Shown: positions 8,824 to 18,298, counted from the stretch's first letter. The stretch is DNA of 32,000 nucleotides from Desulfotalea psychrophila LSv54 (GCF_000025945.1 NC_006138.1:1560001-1592000), one strand, 5' to 3'. Numbers and translations are program-made. Notes: generated from the letters alone by a model not told the origin.

Positions 8824-8883
8824 ATCCAACATTGAACGCGGACGGGCGAAAAAGCCCGACATCCGGTTAATTCAGCGTTAATA
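8824..8883. other. attC-like imperfect palindrome (candidate recombination site)
   Basis: ATCCAAC-ATTGAACGC-GGACGGGC-gaaaaa-GCCCGAC..-GCGTTAAT-A. ATTGAACGC pairs with GCGTTAAT leaving one extra-helical G. The reverse strand ends in GTTGGAT, which fits GTTRRRY. Confidence 0.3.
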
Positions 8884-9157
8884 TTGTCAAATCGAAAGGC
8901 TTTGCTCAATGCTTCAAGTTGAAATTTATATTGTAGGTTACGGATCTCGAATCTAGTCTCTTGTAGGCTGTTTGTCGACGTTTTCAAGGCCTGCCTGGCA
9001 TTTATTTGAGCTGTTCAAAGGGGAGGATTAGTGATCGTCCGAGATCTGGGACAAATTTAACGATTTAGAGGTGAAGAACAACTGCATTATGGCTTATGGT
9101 GCAGGCCTGTATTGCTGGGCCTGTTAGGTGGAAAAGACCCAAAAGGGCGGAAGAGCA

Positions 9158-9601
9158 ATGAAAAAACAAATTATAGTTGTTCTGGTAAACTTATTATTAT
9201 TAACGGGGTGTGCGGGAACTATGTCTGAGCTGGGGATAAAAAATGGTGAGCTGACGCCGTGCCCGAAAACACCAAACTGTGTGAATAGTCAGGCGGTTGG
9301 AGAAAAACATTATATTCAACCTATCCGTTACGCAGGAACACGGCAGGAGATGCGAGTCCGTCTCTTGCAGATACTTGAGGCCGAAAAGCGAACAAATATT
9401 CTGACGGTTCAGGAGGATTATGTTCGAGTAGAATTTACGTCAGCATTGTTTCGATTTGTTGATGACGTGGAGTTTTATTTTCCGGAGGAGCAAAGCGGCG
9501 AGACGGTTATTTATGTTCGATCCGCTTCCCGGCTCGGATATTCTGATCTTGGTGCCAACCGGAAACGAATTGAGTGGATTCGAGGTGAATTTAATAAATA
9601 G
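9158..9601 (+). CDS. DUF1499 family lipoprotein
   Basis: Lipobox LLLLTGC and the hallmark PCPKTPNCVNSQ segment. ATG at 9158 follows GGAAGAG. Confidence 0.75.
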   Translation: MKKQIIVVLVNLLLLTGCAGTMSELGIKNGELTPCPKTPNCVNSQAVGEKHYIQPIRYAGTRQEMRVRLLQILEAEKRTNILTVQEDYVRVEFTSALFRFVDDVEFYFPEEQSGETVIYVRSASRLGYSDLGANRKRIEWIRGEFNK

Positions 9602-9741
9602 GTTTTAGACCTCTAGCGGCGTCGCTGAATAACGCTTGCCCAAGTTAGGTGCTTTCTTGCCGGTAACCCGGCAGCTCTTCACTGGTAGAGATGTTGCACT
9701 TATTATTTGAACTCAGCTTAGGGATTTTTAAAAGATATATC

Positions 9742-10284
9742 ATGAATAATTGGGATCAAGATAAATATCTAGAAGCGTGGAATTTTGCCTCTGCCATTCA
9801 TAATGGGCAAAAGATACCTGGAAGCGATATACCTTATATTAATCACCTTGGGCTCGTTGCAATGGAGGCGGTAGCAACTGTAGCCAATAAAAACATCCAA
9901 AATTCTAATATTCTTGTTTTGTGTGCGTTATTGCATGATTCTATTGAGGATACGGCAACGACCCATGAAGATATTAAAAAAATATTTGGCTCTGATATTG
10001 CTGATGGCGTTTTATCGCTCACTAAAAATAAAAAATTGCCTTCCAAGGTTGAACAAATGCTGGACAGTATTGCTAGAATAAAAACTCAACCTAAAGAGGT
10101 GTGGATGGTTAAGTTATGTGATCGAATCACGAATTTACAACCACCGCCAAGGCACTGGAACAAAGAAAAAATTGGCAAATATCAAAATGAAGCTCGCCTT
10201 ATATTAGAGAAATTAGGAGAGGCAAGCCAGTTTCTTGCAGAAAGATTAAAAATGAAAATTGATGCATATGACCAATATTTATAA
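9742..10284 (+). CDS. Stand-alone HD-domain protein of the RelA/SpoT hydrolase type (small alarmone hydrolase-like)
   Basis: PYINHLGLVAMEA...LLHDSIEDTATTHEDIKKIFGSDIADGVLSLT matches the (p)ppGpp hydrolase HD motif layout. About 180 aa, with no synthetase domain. Confidence 0.7.
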   Translation: MNNWDQDKYLEAWNFASAIHNGQKIPGSDIPYINHLGLVAMEAVATVANKNIQNSNILVLCALLHDSIEDTATTHEDIKKIFGSDIADGVLSLTKNKKLPSKVEQMLDSIARIKTQPKEVWMVKLCDRITNLQPPPRHWNKEKIGKYQNEARLILEKLGEASQFLAERLKMKIDAYDQYL

Positions 10285-10292
10285 AAATCATA

Positions 10293-10360
10293 GGCCCTGT
10301 TGCATAAATTATGAGGGAAAAAAATCAGCTCTTCTCTACTCCATCTCATCTGCTTATAGC
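10293..10360 (+). mobile_element. Partial MITE copy (one terminal repeat plus ~50 nt)
   Basis: ggccctgttgcataaattatgagggaaaaaaatcagctcttctctactccatc aligns with the left end of the full copy at 20623. I found no matching right end. Confidence 0.5.
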
Positions 10361-10807
10361 ACTCTTTGCTGTCCGCGGCACCATCGCCTGATATCTGTTT
10401 AATGCGACGACGAAGAGGGTTCAATAAGGGTCTCAAGGCCTTGGCATCACGAACTGACTTTATTGGAATTTCACTTAGGCGATTAGTTTCTGTATCAATA
10501 GCAAGGTGAAATTTGTGTCAAATTCTATGCCTTGCAGCTCCCTCTTCTTCATCTATCTTGCCCGTGCTTTCCGTCCTGCCCTATGATTATTAACTTCCCT
10601 TGGCCAGGCTGGTGAGACTTGAACTTGACTGCTTGAGCTCGATTGCATTGTCATGCTTCGTCCTCTCAATCCAGGTTGTTCAGTGTTGGACCAATTTTTG
10701 CTAACTATTCCAGTGAAATGTGGAGGGTGAGTCTGAATGATAGTTTCTGCAGAGAAAAGTATTGATTCTTTGTGTTTTTAAAATAATTTACATATAATTT
10801 TTTTATG

Positions 10808-10822
10808 AGTACTTAAAGTACT
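10808..10822. promoter_or_regulatory. Perfect 15-bp palindrome AGTACTT-A-AAGTACT upstream of the binding-protein/sensor operon
   Basis: Read directly, in an AT-rich region about 220 nt upstream of the ATG at 11045. A further AAGTAC half-site lies about 20 nt downstream. Confidence 0.25.
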
Positions 10823-11044
10823 ATAGCAAAAAGCCTAAAAGTACAGGGGATTTTTATGATTTCTTCAGGCGATTTTCAAACCAAAACAATTCGCTTATCC
10901 TTCCCTTTTGCTACCATGTCTCATCTACCCCTTCGCGCATCTTCATACCGTAGAGGCTTGTTGTGGGTATACAAATTATAAAATAATATGAGCTTTTAAA
11001 ATCATTGTCTATCCTTTTGCCTACGTTTTTAAGGAGAGCCCTTA

Positions 11045-12046
11045 ATGGAGCAGAACCGTAATCCTCTTGTCCATATCTACAGAGTAGCAACAGAGATATT
11101 TTTTATTGCCCTGCTCATCTGCTTCTCAGCAGCCCTATCCCTTGCTGCTAAACATGTCCGACTCGCATTGCAATGGTACCCGCAGGCACAATTTGCCGGC
11201 TATTACATGGCGCACGAAAAAGGAATATATGCCTCTCATGGTCTTGAGGTGGAAATACTTCCTGGCAGTGCAAATATGAATGGTTGTGAAAAAGTTCGCC
11301 TGGGAAAAGCAGAATTTGCTACAGCATTTTTATCTGATGCTTTGCAACTGCGCTCTCAAGGTGTACCTCTTGTTAATGTTGGTCAGTTTGTGCAGCGATC
11401 TGCGCTTATGCTGGTGGCCCGTAAGGATTCGGGGATAAAGACTATTCATGACCTTGATGGAGCCAGGATTGGCACCTGGGGTGAGGACTTTTGTCTGCAG
11501 CCTAAAGCCCTGTTCAAGCGTGAGGGGTTGAATGTGACACTTGTCAGGCAATCTCAGTCGTTTGAGCTGTTCATGCGCGGCGGCATCGATGTGGGTTTGG
11601 CTATGTGGTACAACGAGTATCATCGCTTGCTCTCCTATGGCTTGAATGAGGATGAGATGACCATCTTCTTTTTTAGCGATTTGGAGATGAATCTGCCAGA
11701 AGACGGAATTTACAGTCTGGAGTCTACCTTTAACGAATCTCCAGAGACTGCCCAAACGCTGGTGGAGGCGACTGCCGAAGGTTGGTTGTACGCCTTTGCT
11801 CACCCTGAAGAGACTGTCGACACCATGCTTCGCATCATGAAAGAGAGCAAGGTCAAGGCCAATAGAGCCCATCAAACATGGATGCTGGACCGCATGAAAG
11901 ATCTTCTCTTAGTCAAAGGGCAAAAGCAATTAAAGACGATACTGAAAGAGAGCGATTTCATTCGGACCCAAGAGGTGCTGCGCTTTCCAGGAGGCAAGCA
12001 GTCAGAGTTGATATACCAGGATTTCTACAAAGGAGACCTGCAATGA
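11045..12046 (+). CDS. NMT1/THI5-like (SsuA/TauA-type) substrate-binding protein, membrane-anchored
   Basis: N-terminal TM helix, then LQWYPQAQFAGYYMAHEKGIYASHGLEVEILPG, typical of this binding-protein fold. Its stop overlaps the next gene's start (ATGA). Confidence 0.75.
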   Translation: MEQNRNPLVHIYRVATEIFFIALLICFSAALSLAAKHVRLALQWYPQAQFAGYYMAHEKGIYASHGLEVEILPGSANMNGCEKVRLGKAEFATAFLSDALQLRSQGVPLVNVGQFVQRSALMLVARKDSGIKTIHDLDGARIGTWGEDFCLQPKALFKREGLNVTLVRQSQSFELFMRGGIDVGLAMWYNEYHRLLSYGLNEDEMTIFFFSDLEMNLPEDGIYSLESTFNESPETAQTLVEATAEGWLYAFAHPEETVDTMLRIMKESKVKANRAHQTWMLDRMKDLLLVKGQKQLKTILKESDFIRTQEVLRFPGGKQSELIYQDFYKGDLQ

Positions 12047-13977
12047 GAATAAACGGAATCGCCTTTCGGCTGGCGTCACTCACCCTGGCCTTTTCCACCC
12101 TGATTTTTGCCGTTATTATTGGCTATAATTATACAGTTTCACGTGGAATTATTGAAGATCTTGCTGAAGATCGGGGCACCCTTTTAGCCGCATCAACAGG
12201 TCAGCGAATAGCTGCAGTGCTGAACTCTATGGAAAAGGTTGCCGACTCTATTGCCTTTTCCCTTGAGGATGGCAACCTCAATGAAAAACGGCTCCAGGAA
12301 CTGGGGACGCAGGTCCTCATGAATAATCAGGAAATTTTTGGGACTGCCATAGCATTTGAACCCTACGGATTTGATCCGGAAAAGCTGTATTACGCCCCCT
12401 ACTCTTTTCGCTCACAGAACAAAATATCGTCCACCAACCTTGGCAGGCCGGGTTATCAGTATTTTTATATGGACTGGTATCAGTTGGCAAAAGAGTTGGA
12501 AAAATCGATTTGGACTGAACCCTACTTCGATACCGGAGGGGGGCATCAGCTTATGTCCACCTATTCCGTTCCCTTTTACCGTAAGGATGGAAAAGAAGAG
12601 GTGCTGGCGGGAGTGGTTACGGCTGATATCTCTCTTGACTGGATGCAGAAGCTGATAGCTGAGATCAATACAAATGAAACCGGCTATGTTTTTTTGCTTT
12701 CGCGCTACGGTACATACATTGCCCATCCCAATGCAAAGGTGGTGATGAACGAGACGATCTTCACCTCCGCTGAAAACCAGGGACAACCTCTTCTTCGTGA
12801 CATAGGGAGACGGATGGTTGCGGGCGAGTCTGGAGTTGAAGAACTGGCAGATTTACCTTTAACCGGGGACAGCTTTCTCTACTTTACCTCTTTACCTGAG
12901 CAAGAGTGGTCCATTGGGGTTGTTTTTCCAAAACAGGAGATGTTTGCCGGGGTAGCACGTTTGACCAAAGAGGTCGTCACCTTGGCTGTTCTTGGCTTTG
13001 TAGCTCTAGCCCTGCTCCTGATCTATCTTTCCTGTAAAATCACCCGTCCTCTTCGAAGTCTTACCGGCTCGGTAAATGACATTGCCTCTGGTAATTTGGA
13101 TGTAGATCTGCCTGCTGTTGTCGCCCAGGATGAGGTTGGCGAACTGACAGGATCAATTATAACCATGCGTGATTCCCTGAAACAATATATCGCTAACCTG
13201 ACGGAAACTACCGCGGTTAAAGAGCGCATCGAGTCTGAGCTTCGTATTGCCCATGATATTCAGATGTCTATTCTGCCTAAGCTCTTCCCGGCATTTCCCA
13301 ATAGATCTGAATTTGATATTTACGCAAGCATTGAGCCAGCAAGGGAGGTCGGTGGCGATCTCTATGATTTTTTCTTCATTGATGAGAATCGGTTCTGCTT
13401 TCTGGTGGGTGACGTCTCTGGTAAGGGCGTACCGGCTGCGTTCTACATGGCTGTCACCAAAACTCTGCTTAAGGTGGTCGCTGAAAGGGGGCTTAATCCG
13501 GGTGAAATACTGGCGAAGGTTAATAATGATCTGGCCGAAGATAACGATGCCTGTATGTTTGTCACCCTGTTTTTGGCGGTGATTGATATTGGTACTGGAG
13601 AGGTGCTTTATGCCAATGCAGGTCATAACCCGCCCCTCTTTATACCTAAGGGTGGAAAAGCAGAATGGATACCTCCATTAAACGAGCTGGTGGCAGGTGC
13701 AATGGAGGATTCTGTTTATACAACTAAATCTATGACCATGCAGCCCGGGGATACCCTCTTTATCTATACCGACGGGGTCACTGAAGCCATGGACAGTAAA
13801 CAGAGCCTCTATTCAGATGATCGTTTACTTACAGAAGTAGACCGCTGTAGCGGCCTTGCTGCGAAGCCGTTCATCCATGCCATCGATGACTCCATAAAAG
13901 CATTTACCGGTGGGGCCGAGCAATCGGACGATATAACCATGCTTGCCATGCAGTTTCTTGGCAAAAAGAATATTTAA
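12043..13977 (+). CDS. Sensor protein: Cache-HAMP-PP2C (SpoIIE/RsbU-type) serine phosphatase
   Basis: ATG at 12043 (MRINGIAFRLASLTLAF...). A periplasmic Cache-like segment (YYAPYSF...TEPYFDTGGGHQLMSTYSVPFY...GYVFLLSRYGTYIAHPN) is followed by a second TM helix, a HAMP region (RPLRSLTGSVNDIASGNLD), then AHDIQMSILP...GGDLYDFF...VGDVSGKGVPAAFYMA...GHNPP...TDGVTEA...DDITMLA. Confidence 0.85.
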   Translation: MRINGIAFRLASLTLAFSTLIFAVIIGYNYTVSRGIIEDLAEDRGTLLAASTGQRIAAVLNSMEKVADSIAFSLEDGNLNEKRLQELGTQVLMNNQEIFGTAIAFEPYGFDPEKLYYAPYSFRSQNKISSTNLGRPGYQYFYMDWYQLAKELEKSIWTEPYFDTGGGHQLMSTYSVPFYRKDGKEEVLAGVVTADISLDWMQKLIAEINTNETGYVFLLSRYGTYIAHPNAKVVMNETIFTSAENQGQPLLRDIGRRMVAGESGVEELADLPLTGDSFLYFTSLPEQEWSIGVVFPKQEMFAGVARLTKEVVTLAVLGFVALALLLIYLSCKITRPLRSLTGSVNDIASGNLDVDLPAVVAQDEVGELTGSIITMRDSLKQYIANLTETTAVKERIESELRIAHDIQMSILPKLFPAFPNRSEFDIYASIEPAREVGGDLYDFFFIDENRFCFLVGDVSGKGVPAAFYMAVTKTLLKVVAERGLNPGEILAKVNNDLAEDNDACMFVTLFLAVIDIGTGEVLYANAGHNPPLFIPKGGKAEWIPPLNELVAGAMEDSVYTTKSMTMQPGDTLFIYTDGVTEAMDSKQSLYSDDRLLTEVDRCSGLAAKPFIHAIDDSIKAFTGGAEQSDDITMLAMQFLGKKNI

Positions 13978-14001
13978 TAGAAGGATAACTGTTGGGCTCC
14001 C

Positions 14002-14160
14002 GATTGGTTGGCAAGCTTATGTAGTATGGGGAAGGGGAGAAGCATAGCCTCTCCCTGCGGGTGGTCTGCTCTGCTCATCAGGCAGTCGCGGCAGAAGCAG
14101 ATTACTCTGGAGGGGACGGGTATCGCGTCACAGGCGCGGCTTAGCGCGTCCTGCCCATGC
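14002..14160 (+). repeat. Dispersed repeat family R2, copy 1
   Basis: gattggttggcaagcttatgtag...ggcagaagcagattac is colinear with 23128-23292 (gattggttggcgaagattatgcag...ggcagaagaaacagattgttac). The spacing between the two anchors is 88 versus 90 nt. Confidence 0.4.
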
Positions 14161-15214
14161 CGCTGTTCGACAGGCTTTCCACTTCTTTAAAGAAAATCCG
14201 TTGCCGTTCGAGGAGTTCCAATGGTCTGTCCACAGGGGTCATGTGGGCGCTTCCCTCTATGATGTAATACTGAGGATTATTGGCAAATCCAGACTGCCAT
14301 TTTGTATAGGCTGGCGTACACAGATCGTCGCTTCCGCAAGTCATAAGAATAGGAACATTCAATTTGGACAGTTGCAAGGTTACGTCGATCGTTTTTAGCG
14401 TTCCCAGCACATTCAATTCCGAGCCGCTGGCAACCATAGTGTCGTGGATTGCGGCACTTCGTGCGGCAATCAATTTCTGCATTGCCTTAGGTAATGGCCA
14501 GGTGTGGGTAACATGCTTCTTACTGAACTCCAGGCAAGCTGCGTCGTAGTCGTTCTTTGTTCCTAAGCCCCTCAACTCATAATCATCTATCACCTGTCCG
14601 CCTTTTCCATTGAGGCAGCTCAAGCCCTGCTTAAGTGCCGGGGCAACATGAGTGCTGTAATAGGGAAAACTCAGTATTGGGCTATGGAGAGAAATGGACA
14701 ATATGCCGGTGGGGTGTTTGGCAGCAAATCCGACAGCCAGAGTGGTTCCCCATGAATGACCAATTAAATGGTACTTCTTCAAGCTCAGACCATCCCGAAT
14801 CGCTTTCACCTCAGCAAAATATCGTTCTGCAGTCCACAGGGACGGATTCTCCGGCCGCTCTGATTTTCCGCAGCCCAGTTGATCGTAGAAGATTACAGGG
14901 CGTTCATCACTCAATGCCTGAAACGCTACCAGATTATGATGATTTCCTCCGGGACCGCCGTGCAGAACCAAGGCTGGAGGGGCACTGCCGGAGCCAATTC
15001 TGCCGTACCATAATTTGTAGGTATGATCATTATAGGTGTAATCGATAAAACCTTCGCTATCATAAGCTGGTTCAGTTAAGATTTTGTCTATGAATGATTG
15101 CTCTTTATTCATGGTCTTTTCGTCTCGCGACATACAGCCGGTCATCATTACTATAATTAAGGTACAGAATACGCTCCAACATAACAAACATCTATGACTG
15201 ATTATGTATTTCAT
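14141..15214 (-). CDS. Prolyl aminopeptidase-type alpha/beta hydrolase (peptidase S33), probable lipoprotein
   Basis: LVLHGGPGGNHH, FYDQLGCGKSERP and the nucleophile elbow GHSWGTTLA. Lipobox-like IIVMMTGC. ATG at 15214 follows AGAGGG; the track start at 15232 is a TTG. Confidence 0.8.
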   Translation of the reverse strand: MKYIISHRCLLCWSVFCTLIIVMMTGCMSRDEKTMNKEQSFIDKILTEPAYDSEGFIDYTYNDHTYKLWYGRIGSGSAPPALVLHGGPGGNHHNLVAFQALSDERPVIFYDQLGCGKSERPENPSLWTAERYFAEVKAIRDGLSLKKYHLIGHSWGTTLAVGFAAKHPTGILSISLHSPILSFPYYSTHVAPALKQGLSCLNGKGGQVIDDYELRGLGTKNDYDAACLEFSKKHVTHTWPLPKAMQKLIAARSAAIHDTMVASGSELNVLGTLKTIDVTLQLSKLNVPILMTCGSDDLCTPAYTKWQSGFANNPQYYIIEGSAHMTPVDRPLELLERQRIFFKEVESLSNSGMGRTR

Positions 15215-15640
15215 AAGCCCTCTGTCAAACAAATTGTTATCCGGTTTTCTGATATCATCTCAAAACACAATTTGCCAAGGCAGCCATGATACCGGTTTTT
15301 TAACCGGATATCGCGACAGAACCTCTTGCTCTGGATGTGTCTTTCGCTGCCAGAAATTTCTCACTTCCCTCTTGTCGAATTCGCTCAAGATCCACTGATG
15401 AGGTCGTTAATATATAGTGCTTGTGAAACTTCACCTCAAAGTATTTGCTTATGTCATTATCACCATTTTATGGGCTTGGCTTTTTTCACTGTTTGCGAGA
15501 CAATTCTATAAAACAGTCACTCCTAGATTTTAGCGAAACAATAGACCTAAGGCAAGGATCAGTCATGAAAACCAGCACAGCCCATTACAGGCCAGCAAGA
15601 CTTTCTCGGCAAGCCATCAGTCACATTATAGATAGTGGCA

Positions 15641-15807
15641 GGCCTTGTTGCTTAAATAGAAGTTGTCAGCATTGCTCGATGATGTTTTCTTATAACATAG
15701 AGCATTGGAGGATGCAGGGGAGACAGCAGGAGAAAGATCGAAAACTGGCCGGAGTGGGGCAGAGAGAGGAGCTAGTTTTTTTCCCTCATGCTTTATGCAA
15801 TAAGGCC
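15641..15807 (-). mobile_element. MITE, short variant (167 bp), inverted relative to the copy at 20623
   Basis: Ends are ggccttgttgcttaaat (left) and, reverse-complemented, ggccttattgcataaag (right). An internal 36-nt run gatgatgttttcttataacatagagcattggaggat is identical to the reverse complement of the 20623 copy. Confidence 0.7.
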
Positions 15808-15950
15808 ACAAGGCCATCCAACCGACTCCGCAACCTTGCCCATTTTTTGCAAAAGAGATAGCAATAAATAGGGCCACCTTGCCCCTTCATCGCTAATTTT
15901 AGCCAACTTTGCCTCTTAATGAGGCCTTATTTTTCGGAGATCATCAATAA

Positions 15951-16515
15951 ATGGATATATCAGCAATAGCAAAATTTATAAAATCACCTACCTTGTATAT
16001 TTTTCTTACCTGTATCATTAGTGGCATGTTCTTGTTTTTAACTGAATCTTTTTTAACTGATTTAGAGCTTATTTCGTTTGAGAAGGATTATAAAAAATGG
16101 GTTACTGTTGTCTTTCTTTTCTCGTTAGGTTTTTTTGTTTTGAACCTACTGAATATGGCATATAAAAACTATCAAAAGAACTACCAGGAAAAAATTGTTG
16201 AAGCTGAAATTAATGAACATAAAAAAGATTCTCTAAAAAAATAGTCGTGATGCCAAAGCCTTAACGTCAACTTGGGATGATCGCGAAAAATCGATATTAA
16301 GAGAGTTTTTTGTTCAAGAAAAAAAGATGATTGAAATGTCAAATGACGACCCTGTAGCTCTTGGTCTTATAGATAAGCACATTATAAGCCAAGTTGGCAA
16401 AAACGATACTGATAATAATATAATTGGTTTGACCTGCTACTTTGAAATTACTGAAGAGGCGAAAGAACTTATTGAACAGTTTGGGCTTGATAAAACCAAT
16501 CAGGTAAACAACTAA
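15951..16515 (+). pseudogene. Superinfection-exclusion protein B (SieB)-like gene split by a frameshift in an A7 tract
   Basis: ORF1 (15951-16244) is a two-TM N-terminus followed by a Lys-rich helix. The +1 frame is open from 16237 and reads KNSRDAKALTSTWDDREKSILREFFVQEKKMIEMSNDDPVALGLIDKHIISQVG, as in SieB-like proteins. The junction is the A-run at 16235-16241, and removing one A joins the two frames. Confidence 0.55.
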
Positions 16516-16723
16516 ATTCAGGCTTCGCAAGATTTTGAGCAGCGGATCATGGCTAAGATGCTATAAAATTTTTGAAATAAATATAACAAGGCAAATTAAT
16601 TCGGATTGGTAAAAGGCGCGGTGTTTTTAAGCCCTCCATGGGCATTTGTCTTGGGGTGGCACGGGGATAGTGCTGCTTCACGGGCAAGCAGCACCAAGCA
16701 TCTCTCGCCACTCTATAACAAAG

Positions 16724-18040
16724 TTACCCCAACTCTTCTGGCAGAATCATATTGAGAATAATGGCAATAAGAGCCGCCGGAAGAATTCCCGAAGTAAGGA
16801 GGATTTTGGTGGTTCCAGGAAGATGTTGTAGCGCTTCCGGAACTGCCTGAAAACCAAGTCCTATGGAGAGAGCCAGGGCGAGGATAAGCATATTACGCTT
16901 ATTCCATACCACATCACTGAGCATATTAATGCCAGCGGAGATCACCATACCAAACATCACAATCACACTTCCGCCTAAAACAGCAATGGGCATCGCCGAA
17001 ATAACTGCTCCCACCTTTGGTACAAGTCCCGCCATAATCAGAAAAAGAGCGCCAATAGTTACAACGTGACGACTCATCACCCCGGTCATGGAGACAAGGC
17101 CAACATTTTGTGAAAAAGAGGTATTGGGAAGGGCGCCAAAAAAAGCACCTAAGGTTGTGCCAAGCCCATCGGCCATGGTTGCCCCGGCAATCTCTTTTTC
17201 GGTTGCTTCACGGCCAGCGCCACCCTGGGTTATCCCCGAGACATCGCCCACGGTTTCAATGGCGGAAACAAAAGCCATCAGTGACATGGCAAAGACACTG
17301 CTTAGGCTCAGTTCAAAACCAAAGTGCAGTGGAGTAGGCATTGCAAACCAGGCTGCGTTTTCGATATGGGAAAAGTTGACCATTCCCATGGATATTGCGA
17401 CAAGATAGCCTACGATAAGACCAATAAGAACCGAGGCGGTGGAGAGCATGCCCCGTCCAAAAAATTTTAGGATCAGGGTAACAAAAAGAACGGTAAGCGA
17501 GAGTCCCCAATGTTGCATGGAGCCAAACTCCTCGGTTCCCATAAGCGGTACGCCACCTGCTGCATACTGAATACCGATAGGAATTAATGAAAGACCAATG
17601 GTAAGCACCACAATTCCTGTTACCAGGGGCGGCAAAAAATTACGGATTCGGCCAATAACTGTGCCAAGGAAAAAGTGAAAAATGCCACTGAGCATAATGC
17701 TTCCGTAAAGAGCCGAAATTCCAGCAATTTTAACCAAAGGGATCATGATTGGCAGGAAGGCAAATGAAGTACCTTGGACAATGGGTAGGCGGGCGCCAAC
17801 AGGACCAAGTCCCACGGTTTGCAAGAGGGTGGCGATACCAGCAAAGGTCATAACCATCTGAATCATATAGACCATCTCAGGAGAACCAAAGGTGAATCCT
17901 GCGGCCAGGGAGATGATAATTGCCGGGGTGATATTTGAGATAAACATCGCCAGTACATGCTGGATGCCAAGGGGGATAGCCAGGTGAAGAGGTGGAAGAT
18001 AATTGGGATCTTTCAACTGCTCTTTCTTTGTAAAGCTCAT
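16724..18040 (-). CDS. Nucleobase:cation symporter-2 (NCS2) family permease (xanthine/uracil-type)
   Basis: Polytopic ORF with NCS2-like segments (LGIQHVLAMF, FGALPNTSFSQNVGLVSMTGV). I place the start at ATG 18040 (MSFTKKEQ...). The track's upstream extension looks non-coding. Confidence 0.85.
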   Translation of the reverse strand: MSFTKKEQLKDPNYLPPLHLAIPLGIQHVLAMFISNITPAIIISLAAGFTFGSPEMVYMIQMVMTFAGIATLLQTVGLGPVGARLPIVQGTSFAFLPIMIPLVKIAGISALYGSIMLSGIFHFFLGTVIGRIRNFLPPLVTGIVVLTIGLSLIPIGIQYAAGGVPLMGTEEFGSMQHWGLSLTVLFVTLILKFFGRGMLSTASVLIGLIVGYLVAISMGMVNFSHIENAAWFAMPTPLHFGFELSLSSVFAMSLMAFVSAIETVGDVSGITQGGAGREATEKEIAGATMADGLGTTLGAFFGALPNTSFSQNVGLVSMTGVMSRHVVTIGALFLIMAGLVPKVGAVISAMPIAVLGGSVIVMFGMVISAGINMLSDVVWNKRNMLILALALSIGLGFQAVPEALQHLPGTTKILLTSGILPAALIAIILNMILPEELG

Positions 18041-18298
18041 AGTGTCAACCTTAAAAAAGCGGGAACATATTCGAAAGCTGACAAAATAGCGACACAAATT
18101 ACAATAAAACCCCTTTTTAACGAACAAAGTGAGCTTTCTGGGGAGGAACAGCTTTTAGCAACTGCGGAAAAACGGTCGACGACTTATTTTTCAGCCAGCG
18201 TCTTTTGGCGAATTCATGACGGGGAAGGAAAATAGGCGAGGAGTGTTATCCATTAAGATGATTCCGTATTCCTATGCTCCCGGGCGGAAGTATTAGCT

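Noticed and set aside
10182-10436. 84-aa ORF sharing the peptide REEL(I/V)FFPH.LCN with ORF 15445-15861, which could look like a small gene family
   Set aside because: The shared peptide is encoded by the MITE terminal region present at both places. Neither ORF has a start context, and both cross element boundaries.
11878-12042. N-terminal 55-codon extension of the sensor phosphatase ORF in the track
   Set aside because: It overlaps the end of the binding-protein gene in another frame. The ATG at 12043 gives a normal TM-anchored N-terminus and a 4-nt ATGA overlap typical of coupled genes.
16319-16325. Second A-run inside the SieB-like gene as a further frameshift site
   Set aside because: After re-indexing the sequence, the downstream frame reads straight through it (FFVQEKKMIEMS). 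Only the A7 tract at 16235-16241 interrupts the gene.
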